From Toensbergia leucococca (Eukaryota), in NCBI GenBank assembly GCA_022813965.1, contig JALDZS010000214.1:1-37401 (forward strand): 37,401 bases of DNA. Direction: 5' to 3'. Within the stretch, counting starts at the first letter, position 1. Each line of letters begins with the position of its first letter. This document shows, in pieces, positions 21,875 to 31,295 of the stretch. Under the pieces are notes generated by a model. It was not told where the DNA came from and ran no database searches. It saw only the letters and a program-made list of their open reading frames with translations. A program made the translations under genes and the position numbers.

Positions 21875-24800
21875 ATGACGACTTCTAGCCTCTATACTCC
21901 GCTCGAGACGTTCTTACTCTTTCAGTCTCTACAAAAACTTGGCGCCGACCCTTCAGCATTCAATAACATATCCGAGTCGCTGAAAAATGATGAGTTTGTC
22001 CAAGAGAGCGAATCCTTCAATGCCGACCGTCTTCAACCCGACTCTTTGAGGACCTTATACTTGGCACTGCTGAAGGAAGAGCTTCGTAATCGAGCACCTA
22101 GAAATGACAATGCTGCACACGGTGAAGTGGTACCTAATAACCCTCGAAAGCGAAAGCTATCCACCCCGCCTTTGGAAACCCTAGGAGATGCTGCTGGACA
22201 CCGTCATCTCCTTCCTGAGATTGTGAGCCGCTTATACTTTCAATATCGAGGTCATGCTATTAAAGTGATTGAAGAGGAAGAGCGAAAATATCGTCTGTTA
22301 CATCGGGAGATCTATGAGATAGAACGAGGTGAGTGGGATGCGGAGTCAGGACATCAAGAGTTACCGCGGAGGAAAGACTCTAGGGGCGTTTCGTCGATTC
22401 AAACCCTGTTACGTCAAGATTCTGGAGATGTGCCACGAGTGGAGGATGTTCACATAAAACCCGTAAGCCCCGAGCAACCTGGAGGTCATGGTACAGCGCC
22501 CACCATCGAGAACCTGGCTTCGACTCCGGACCAAACTAGTCAAGATAGAATCGACGAGCCAGCCTCCGAAGGTACCCAGTCGCATCTTTCCAATGTTGCG
22601 CCAGCCGCAGGGACACCGCCAAAGTCGCCTGGAACAGTGGTCCCGGAAAAAGCTCCAGCTCCTGAAAAGTTACTGAGCCTTACTCAAGCGGCATCATCTT
22701 TAGAAAATCAATCGGCGCCCAAGATTGAAAACCGGACACCACAGGAACCCTCAGACACTCCGTCCCAACCGAATTTAGGGAGCAATTTACCACCCTTACA
22801 GCCTCTACACAGTCCGAGTCAGGGCGTTTCCTTGGCTTCTCCTGGGCTAGAAGTCAATCGGAGATTACCATACCTCTCAAGCCAGCCCCAGACGAGTACC
22901 CTACCACTACCACTACCATCTCCAAGCTCCATACAGACCAACCCATCGCTAGCCCCGCATGAGCCGTCAGCTTCACCAATCATCTTACCACCACCTCCTG
23001 GCATGCTTCGCCCTTCTGGCTCTCCTAACGGACCATTAGATGCTCTCGCTGATATGGCTGGCCAGCAATACAGAGTTAAGCCTACGTTACCATCCCCTCA
23101 CCTAGCTCATCTTCCTGGAGGACCACAACATCCAGTCCAGCTACCCCCACCTAGGAACTACATGCAGCGTACATATCCATATTATGACAGTCAATCCCCA
23201 TATTCCGCTCCTTATTCGCCGTATTCCCAGAACCCTCCGACTAACCCTGCTTATCACTCTCCTAATCCCAATGGGATCGCTCCATACCCTGTCTCTGCAT
23301 CTGGGTCTGGTCAGCCTTCTATTTACGGCAGTCAGCCACAATACCAATCTCCCTTGGCTCCTTATCCACAATATCATGGTTACGGCCAAAGTCCTTCATA
23401 TTATCAGCAACCCCAAGTACCTCCCGCATACAGTCAAAGTCACGTCCCTCGACAGGCGGAGCAGCGAACTCCATTATCGGCAGCTTTTGGAAGACCAGGC
23501 CTACCTAAGCTTTCTCCAATCAACACCTCAACATTGTCTACGAAATGGAAAGATGTCTCACATCCTGGCTCGTTGCGCTCCCCACACTCTCCGACGAGGC
23601 CAGCTCCTGAGGAAATAAGTCCGATTAGTCAAAAAGCTGCTTCACCAACACCACAAGCCTCTAAAAATAGAGGAGTTCCGAATTCTCAACAGCAGCAAGG
23701 AGAGCATAAATCTGTCGTCTATTCATCTTCCAACGTTGTAAATGATTCGGGTAATGGGAAGCAAAGAAAGACGGTACAAAGCGGGAGGTCACGCGGTGGT
23801 TCGTCACGAAGCCGAGGAGCTCGAGCTGCTAGTACAACAGCCTCAGCAATAAACAACTCCGCCCAACCACGAACAAGAAGTCAATCCGTTCTCTCACACG
23901 CTGATGAACTCTCCATGGATGCCAGCACAGTTACGGCCCACAAGATTAAACCCGAACCACCTGCCACCCCGGCCCCCGACGAAGACATCTCAATTGCGGA
24001 TACTACAGCCGACGAGGGCTCGCGAAAATCTACTCGGCGTCGTAGAGGTACCCTCCGCAGTCTCGAGATGACGGAACCACCAAGTGCCCGCGCAAGTACA
24101 AAGCGCAAACGAGGCAATACCCCTGAACCACCCGACCTACCGCCACCCTCCTCTCCCTCCTCCCTCACAAAACCAAACCAAATCCTCGGCAGTCGTAATT
24201 TCGGTCGTACAAGCGCCACGATCATGAACGACGTCACAGCCCACAGATTCGCGTCTTTGTTCTCCAAGGCTCTCACAGAGCGTGAAGCCCCCGGCTACAA
24301 AACCCTCATCTACAGAGGGCAAGACCTCAAATCCATCAAGGCGGCCATCACGGCCGGAAGTCGCGCTTTAGCCGCCGCGGCCGAAAGCATGGGCACCCCC
24401 GCCGCTGAAGCAGCCAGCCCCAGCCAGGGATCGGGTACCCCAAACAGCAAGAGCGCTACTATCTGGGTTCCTGCAAGCGCGGATGTGATGCCCCCAAAGG
24501 GTATCGTGAACTCGGCGCAGTTTGAAAAGGAACTGATGCGCATGTTTGCGAATGCGGTCATGTTCAATCCGGATCCGAAAAGGGGGTTTGGTAGCTTTTT
24601 TCGCGCGAAGACATCGGAAGCGGATGATGGGGATGATGCTGGGGTGGAGGTTGGTGGTGGTGGTGGGGGGGAGGAAGAAGGCGGCTTGGTGTCGGATACG
24701 AGGAGTATGTTTGAGGCGGTCGAGAGGGCGGTTGAACATTGGAGGGCGGCGGAGTTTATGGGGGGTGGGAAGAGTGTGGGAAAGTTGAGGGCAGGTGGGG

Positions 24801-24907
24801 AGAGGGAGGATGGGGGGGATGAGGTTGATGAGTTGGCTGGGGGGGAGGGGGAGGGGGAGAGAGAGCGGGAGGAGGGTGCGGGGTTGGCGAAGAGGAGGAG
24901 GAGATAG
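21875..24907 (+). CDS. Bromodomain-containing chromatin protein, BRD8/Bdc1-like (1010 aa)
   Basis: N-terminal YTPLETFLLFQSL helix region and coiled coil ending EIERGEWD. The middle is Pro/Tyr/Ser-rich and disordered. The C-terminal bromodomain reads FASLFSKALTEREAPGYKTLIYRGQDLKSIK..FEKELMRMFANAVMFN. Confidence 0.82.
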   Translation: MTTSSLYTPLETFLLFQSLQKLGADPSAFNNISESLKNDEFVQESESFNADRLQPDSLRTLYLALLKEELRNRAPRNDNAAHGEVVPNNPRKRKLSTPPLETLGDAAGHRHLLPEIVSRLYFQYRGHAIKVIEEEERKYRLLHREIYEIERGEWDAESGHQELPRRKDSRGVSSIQTLLRQDSGDVPRVEDVHIKPVSPEQPGGHGTAPTIENLASTPDQTSQDRIDEPASEGTQSHLSNVAPAAGTPPKSPGTVVPEKAPAPEKLLSLTQAASSLENQSAPKIENRTPQEPSDTPSQPNLGSNLPPLQPLHSPSQGVSLASPGLEVNRRLPYLSSQPQTSTLPLPLPSPSSIQTNPSLAPHEPSASPIILPPPPGMLRPSGSPNGPLDALADMAGQQYRVKPTLPSPHLAHLPGGPQHPVQLPPPRNYMQRTYPYYDSQSPYSAPYSPYSQNPPTNPAYHSPNPNGIAPYPVSASGSGQPSIYGSQPQYQSPLAPYPQYHGYGQSPSYYQQPQVPPAYSQSHVPRQAEQRTPLSAAFGRPGLPKLSPINTSTLSTKWKDVSHPGSLRSPHSPTRPAPEEISPISQKAASPTPQASKNRGVPNSQQQQGEHKSVVYSSSNVVNDSGNGKQRKTVQSGRSRGGSSRSRGARAASTTASAINNSAQPRTRSQSVLSHADELSMDASTVTAHKIKPEPPATPAPDEDISIADTTADEGSRKSTRRRRGTLRSLEMTEPPSARASTKRKRGNTPEPPDLPPPSSPSSLTKPNQILGSRNFGRTSATIMNDVTAHRFASLFSKALTEREAPGYKTLIYRGQDLKSIKAAITAGSRALAAAAESMGTPAAEAASPSQGSGTPNSKSATIWVPASADVMPPKGIVNSAQFEKELMRMFANAVMFNPDPKRGFGSFFRAKTSEADDGDDAGVEVGGGGGGEEEGGLVSDTRSMFEAVERAVEHWRAAEFMGGGKSVGKLRAGGEREDGGDEVDELAGGEGEGEREREEGAGLAKRRRR

Positions 24908-25180
24908 GTGTTGGGGATTTTTTTGGGGGGGGGGGGTTTAGGCTGGGTCTTTGTGAGGGGCGGGGAGGTTGGGGTGAAGATTTAATCAATGGGAGTGATT
25001 GAATTAGCTACATGGCGTTTGTGAGATGTTTCTGCGTTGTTGAGTCACATGTAGCTTTTTTGAAGTATCAATAAAACGCAATTAATATGAATGAGGTTCT
25101 ATGTCAGTTGCTGTTTGAGTCCCAGTATTCCCTACCCTTTTCACTGCAAGAAAAAGAGGACTTTCTTCTTTTCTTTCTTC

Positions 25181-25332
25181 AATCTACAAATCTACAAATC
25201 TGCAAATCTCCAAATCTTCAAATCTACAAGTTCAAAGTTCAAAAGCAACGCAACTCAACACAACACCTCATAACACCTCACAACACTCACAACACATCAA
25301 CATCAACAACATCAACAACATCATCATCATGA
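25181..25332. repeat. Low-complexity tandem repeats: (AATCTACA)n-like followed by CAA/CAT-rich units
   Basis: aatctaca aatctaca aatctgca aatctcca aatcttca aatctaca at 25181-25228, then acatca/acaaca repeats at ~25250-25332. Confidence 0.7.
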
Positions 25333-26710
25333 ACATCATATGAGAAGAAAAAAAATCAACTTCAATCAGGTCAGACTATATAATATAATATAGCATGAAA
25401 AATAGCTCAACATCACTCTTTCTCAAACTGACACAAAATCCTTCAAATGATAATGAAATGGAATGATTTTTTTCATCTGCTGAGTAAAGTCTCATGTTAT
25501 TGCCCAACCTTCACTATAAATCGCGCAACAAATGCACACAACAAACCCGCAGTAGAACCAAGCTCCAATTCAATCCAATCCAATCAAAACCCAAAATTTC
25601 ACAAGTAACAAATCAGTTTTTTCAATTCAAGAGCCCAAGTTCACAAATCTTTTATTTCCCTTCAGAGGGAAGACCACCTCGCACACCGCCCCCTATCAAA
25701 AAACCCCCGCCTACCCTGCCCTGCCCTACCCTACTCTCCAAACACCCTCTCCGCCCTTCCTCCCTCCCCTGGACCGAACATCCCCACACTCAAAGTTCCA
25801 GCCCCTTCCACCTCATCCGCGCTATTCTGCCATGAAGTCTCTACCCACTCCCAGCCCTGGCAAGTATTGAATACGGAACAATTAGTGACGATTGATTCCA
25901 TGGCTACGGTACCCTAAGGAGGAAATCGACCACCTGTGGGCGCTCACTAAGCATTTGATTTTGATATAGGGCTGTAGAAGCGTAGGGATCGTGCAGCATA
26001 TCTCTCAAAAAAGCAGTCATCGTAACACTGGTTGGAAACTACCTCATTTTCTACTCATGGGGGGGCAGGGGGAGCGCGCTGTGTTGGTGTAGGCAGTATC
26101 TTGAATCAGATCTTTGAAGAATCTCTCTTTGAGAATCTCAAGTGCTTGAATTGGATTTTGGCGGAGGGTGGGGCGGTGTGAAGCTTCTTTTTTTGGGGTT
26201 TTGCATCGTCCCTCCCTGCGGAGTAAATTGGTTTGATTCTTTGGATGTGATTTTGGGTCTTTGCGTGGGTGTATATCATGGTGATTTATACATTTGTACC
26301 GTTGGTAACTAGTCTTAGAGTGGTGACTACCACTTTTGCACAGTGCCGAAGTCTATGCGCAATGTCTAAGCGAAGGCCACTGCTTTCATGGCCACGCCTC
26401 GAGTAGGACGTGTTTCGCATGCGCCATTCTTCGCTTCTGTCTCCTGGTTGCTCCGCCTGGTTCAGTCGGACCTGTCTTGTTCTCTGCAGAGGTTTCTTGC
26501 AGACGACGTGTCAATCTCAGACGACAACAGGATAGTGGATTCTGAAGGGAGAAGCTTCATCAAGCGTGTCAAATGTTCCTCTGGAAGTGAATGCGTGGAA
26601 CATAGTGACTCGCTCCGGTGGCGAGGCGGCTTCCTCATCTTCAAAGAACGGACGCCATTCGCTCGCGACTTTGTTATGGATTTGACCTCGAGGTCTTACC
26701 CATGTAATCT

Positions 26711-28998
26711 TTACCATATACAGAAGTTGAGAGCGATGATAGCGTATCTATAATCTGTTAACAGCATGAACCATACTGCGAAAAGTAAAGTTTCCTCACA
26801 GGATTATCAGCAAAGCTCCACTCATGATTGTCGATTTCCCTCTATTAACGACGCCTACCGTAACCCACACAGTCATCCCAAGCGCTACCACTTCTTTAGG
26901 ATCTGCAGCCAACGCAGTACCATGCGTCATAGCCCCGGCTATCAAGAGGGTCAAAGGATACAGATAAAGTGCTATAATGATGGAAAAGCCAAGGGTTACA
27001 TCTAAAGCAGTGTCTGTACGATTTTTCCAGCAAATCAGGACTGTTTCCGCATGTTTCCTGTAGCGCAGAAGAATTGGAACGATGAAGAATGCTAGTAGAG
27101 TCTCAACCAACTTGGACCTTTCCTTACTATTTTTTACCAAGGAGTCTGTGCAATAAGCGAGTAAGCAAAGCACCCAGATTGCTATAAATCCAGCTACCCA
27201 AGGTTGGATGACGCCTTCCGTTAGGTCTTCTTCGTAGCCATCGAAGAAGTCTTCCTCAAATAAAAATCTGTGGGTTTTGTAGCGGAAGAAAATCCATAGT
27301 AGGAAGATGGAAATAGCAACGATGGCAACGGGCCTAGACATTGAAAGAAGAAGGCCAGCTGAGTCCACGGCTGGTATCTGGGATACCTGAAGAATATACA
27401 AGATGAATGTAAAGACACTTGCAAACACGAGTAGACTACATTGTATGCTCGCAGCCGTTTCGCCGAATGTTTGCATTTGATACCTTAAGCCTCCGGCTAG
27501 TAAGCCAGCCCCAAGGCCCTGAATGATGTGTTAGACTAGATGTTTACTGCACTATTTCTCACTGAACGTACCAATAAGCAATTACAGACGATGCTTCCAA
27601 TAATCACCTGGTGAAGAAAGCCATAGAACCCATGTAGAAGAGAAAAGATAATAATCTAGATATTGAGTCAGATACTATTCGATCAGCAAGATCGCAAGTT
27701 ACGAATGCCTCGGGAAGAGGTTCCAGAAGAGCCTCGTAGATACTCATTTGATACATTGACGGCCGAGATTTAAGCAGGCATTCCCGCAACAGAAAATTCC
27801 ATATGGAAGTCAGCTGCATGACAGCTAGTATGCCAAAGGTCAAGACCGTGTCCGACTTCCATCCAATAATTTGAGCAGCGATGTTGAGGGGGACGAAAAG
27901 TAAGAGGATGTTAGTATAATCCTGTACGAGGACAATGTACAGACAGTACCAAAGAACATAAGACCGGCGTAGCCAGGATCGGCCGTGTACAAGCGATAAA
28001 TCTGTAGCGTACTGCACTCGGCCATACATCCGATATAATGCCAAAGAGTATGAAGGGTACCGGAGAGACCTAAAAGAGAACAGAAAAGAAACCAACGATG
28101 GCGGCGTGTTGGTCATTCGAATGTCATTGTGATACCATTCGTCATCGTATTGAAACGTTCCACGTCGATCACTCAGGCCGTTCCAATGTGAATCTTGAAA
28201 GTCTCGTCGACGCATGAAGCGGACAAGATCTAAATGATAGGCTTTGCAGTCTCCGGCTATCTCCCGCGGCCCAAGTGCTATGCTGGCTTCAGTCAGAAAG
28301 CTGAACTCAGGTTTTCCGGTCGTGATAGAGGGTGATTCAAGATCAACGGATAGTTCGCTAAATAGAGTAACCTCGTAGCCATTTTGCCGCTGGAAGGTAT
28401 TCTGTTGCCAACCATAGGGTAGCTCAATGCCAACGGGGCTAAATGGCAGCATGGATCCACTTTCATGGAAGGGTTTTTTTGCACGCGGGTCTTGCTCAAG
28501 TAAACTTAGAATATGCCAATTGTTGATCAATCGCCATTGCTCATTTGTTCTTGTCTCTCGTCGGGCGATTGCTAGGTCAAGGGCTGTTCTGTTGTCGCTG
28601 TCACGGATATGAACAGGAAATCCCTGGCGCACAACGCTTTCGACGAAGACGTAATTTGATGCCTTGACAGCTTCATGGAGCACAGTTGTCGAAAATGCGC
28701 TAAATCCCCGTGAGCTAGCAACGTCTTGAGACTTGCGATCTTCAGATTCGCCGCTCAGAAAGAAGCGCATAGCAACAGAATCACCTTTTCCACCATCCAA
28801 GGAATTGACATGTCGGAATTTAGAACGGATGCGTTCTATCTGCAAACACATTTGAGAGATGAGACGAGAATTGTGTGCTATATCCGCAGATCGATCGCTA
28901 AGCACTTCAAGGAAGCACTGAAAGAGGCTTCTTTTCTCTCGGTCGAGAATATGTCCAACAGGGCACCCATTACCCAGCAAAAGTAGCAGCAGCGCTGT
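26711..28998 (-). CDS. 3' half of a kinase fusion gene: ankyrin repeat, WW-like segment and degenerate Ca2+/H+ exchanger (CAX/Vcx1-like) membrane domain
   Basis: In frame with the upstream kinase ORF. Exons 28998-27703, 27655-27572, 27518-26800 and 26747-26711, with canonical GT-AG introns of 47, 53 and 52 nt. Ankyrin: TVLHEAVKASNYVFVESVVRQGFPVHIRDSDNRTALDLA. CAX-like segments: NILLLFVPLNIAA, IIGSIVCNCLLGLG..GGLRYQMQTF, MSRPVAIV..FRYKTHRFLFE, KNRTDTALDVTLGFSIIIAL, GKSTIMSGALLIILYAIIAL. Confidence 0.8.
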
Positions 28999-30999
28999 CT
29001 ACATGCCCGAACTCATATCATTCGGTTCGCCAACCAGTGCCCAGAGCGCAGAACGGTAATCACGGCTATCGGGCATGGATATGCTCTTGAGTTCTGTTTC
29101 TCCAATTTCGCCGTAGCATAACCAAGCCAGAAGTACAAGACGCTCACTTTCTATTGGAAGCCCGGAACTTGGAGTTGATGAGAAATCTAGCAAGAATTCC
29201 CCAACAACGGTCTCTGTCCTACTGAAAGCCAAGCTATTCTCCCAGCAACAGAGTTTGAACCTGCTTCGAAGTCGAGCATATACATAGAGGTTATCATATT
29301 GAACACCAGATAGAGGCAAAGGTGAAGATGAAACCGAGCGGAGTGTGCTCCACAATTCGTGATGCAGTCCTCTCATATCGAAACACTTATCTTTGTCATG
29401 CTCAAAGACGTCGATGCCATTTGGATCGCTTCTCAAGCCCAATGATGTTGAGTAGCGCTCATAGATAGAGTCAAAGGTTATCTGGCGACGACTTCGCCTC
29501 CGTAACACACGTGTTGCAGAGTCAATACTAATCAGAGATTTATCTGATACATTTGCGACTGTTCCTACGGCATTTGAGACCCTTTGAGACACCCAGCCAC
29601 TGCTTACACTTTGCATTGATGTGATATCCGATATAAGAGCTTGAAGACTATTGACGGTGTTTTCTGAAATGTCTGTCTGGTTTAAGAAGGTTCTTTCATC
29701 TACCTGTTTCACACTTGTATGGGCTAGAACATTGAGGTACCTCCAAGGACGGGGCTCGCGATACGTGGAGTTGATATGTAGTGAGCTACGCAGCACTTGA
29801 AGAATGCGATTGAATTCGGAAGAGGTTTTTGTCGAGCGTGGCAAGATATCGGAATGTTCAAGAGCGTGTTTTGCTTGAGCGTAGGCCAAATCCTCATTGC
29901 GATAACTCCAAAACTGGTCCTCCTCGGTAGGAAGGGGAGGCTCGCCTGCTTCTCGGGCAGGGGCCGTGTCAAAGACTCGCCAGACAACTAGACCGTAAGT
30001 GAAGAGATCGCAGCGTTGCAGAGCATCAAAGGTAAGACCTTTGAGTGACTCTGGAGGGGTCCATCCATCAGTGCCATAATATTCAAAAGTCGTATTTGTT
30101 GAGAGTTCGTCGCTTGGCCTCGAGGTGGCAGTGCCAAAGTCGCACAATTTTGCATTCCACTTTATACCTCTCATTCCTGCCGATCCATCACCTTCCACAG
30201 GAAACAAAAGAACATTTTCAGGTTTTATGTCACCATGAGTCGTGTTACCAGCATGAAGCGCCCCCAACCCCCGTCCAATCCCGTAACAAATGTGGCGCAA
30301 CGACTCGTAAGTGGCTGAGTCATATTCAGGACTTGCTAGTAAGTGACTCAAGTCGAATCGGGCTCTTTCTAGAATCAGCAACGGTATGCGAGTATTGAAA
30401 GTAGTGCGTCCCTCAAACGTGTCGAGGCAGAGACCCCAGCCAAGTAAGTTCACAATATTTGGGTGCCTTCGGAAAGATCGGTTGCACAGTTTATGAATCT
30501 CGCGCTGGGTCGACTGGATCTGGGCTTCCAATTCTCGAGCTACGACTTTGCTGGAAGAGTTCCCTTTCGGTTGGTCTGGAAGCGGCCTAGGAGGGGGATC
30601 TGGGATCCAGTGGGCGCGCTTGACAACGCAGCTTAGTTGACGCTCAGTGGCCGAATAGAGGGTGTCGAGGGGATTCGCCGATGATGATGAAGCCTTGATC
30701 AAAGGTAGAGCTCGTTCAAGTTTGGCCGTGTACTCAGTCGAGGCTGCCGTCACTTTGAACTGCCGTCCTTCTCCAACTTCGTCGGTAAACTCATTCTTCA
30801 GCCGGAAAAGAAATGGACCGGGCACTTTGTTCTCCCACAAAGTGTCCAAGACATCTTTTATAACCTCAAGTGGATCCAACGAAGTATTAGTCGGAACGAG
30901 TCTGCTTTGCTTGGTACGTCGACGCGTATTTCGCGAAGAGCTACTGCTAGGACTATCCGTACTTATGCCACTTTCTCTTTCTCGCGATGATGAAGCCAT
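28999..30999 (-). CDS. Ser/Thr protein kinase (5' half of the kinase-ANK-WW-CAX fusion gene), ending at an in-frame TAG
   Basis: First ATG at 30999 (MASSSRERES). Kinase motifs: Gly loop EVGEGRQFKV, VVKR, alphaC REI, RHPNIVNLLGWG, catalytic HGDIKPENVLL, KLCDFG, GTDGWTPPE, CDLFTYGLVVW. Confidence 0.88.
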   Translation of the reverse strand: MASSSRERESGISTDSPSSSSSRNTRRRTKQSRLVPTNTSLDPLEVIKDVLDTLWENKVPGPFLFRLKNEFTDEVGEGRQFKVTAASTEYTAKLERALPLIKASSSSANPLDTLYSATERQLSCVVKRAHWIPDPPPRPLPDQPKGNSSSKVVARELEAQIQSTQREIHKLCNRSFRRHPNIVNLLGWGLCLDTFEGRTTFNTRIPLLILERARFDLSHLLASPEYDSATYESLRHICYGIGRGLGALHAGNTTHGDIKPENVLLFPVEGDGSAGMRGIKWNAKLCDFGTATSRPSDELSTNTTFEYYGTDGWTPPESLKGLTFDALQRCDLFTYGLVVWRVFDTAPAREAGEPPLPTEEDQFWSYRNEDLAYAQAKHALEHSDILPRSTKTSSEFNRILQVLRSSLHINSTYREPRPWRYLNVLAHTSVKQVDERTFLNQTDISENTVNSLQALISDITSMQSVSSGWVSQRVSNAVGTVANVSDKSLISIDSATRVLRRRSRRQITFDSIYERYSTSLGLRSDPNGIDVFEHDKDKCFDMRGLHHELWSTLRSVSSSPLPLSGVQYDNLYVYARLRSRFKLCCWENSLAFSRTETVVGEFLLDFSSTPSSGLPIESERLVLLAWLCYGEIGETELKSISMPDSRDYRSALWALVGEPNDMSSGM

Positions 31000-31295
31000 T
31001 TCTGGTTCATTCGACGGCGGCGAGGGCAAATGATCAAGTCACCCTCATCTCTTCGCAGACAGTTGTGGGAACGTTGGACTGCCACGGACGAAGCATGGAA
31101 GTATCCTTTTCACCAATCATTAAATACCCCTCGACCCCATAGCCCATCGAGCCCATTTAGGTGGCTCAGCCGCACTCGCCTCATGCAGCTAGAAACATCC
31201 CCGCCGTGCCCAACTAGCATATCTCCAGGACGACGACGGCCACGCCTTTGGTATTTGGGATTTTCGATTGCCTATGACATATTCCCAAGCTGGCA

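Noticed and set aside
26336..26710. Short overlapping ORFs downstream of the pseudo-CAX stop
   Set aside because: The CAX-like protein ends naturally at LYAIIALNFCIW-stop (26711), and these ORFs have no recognisable features.
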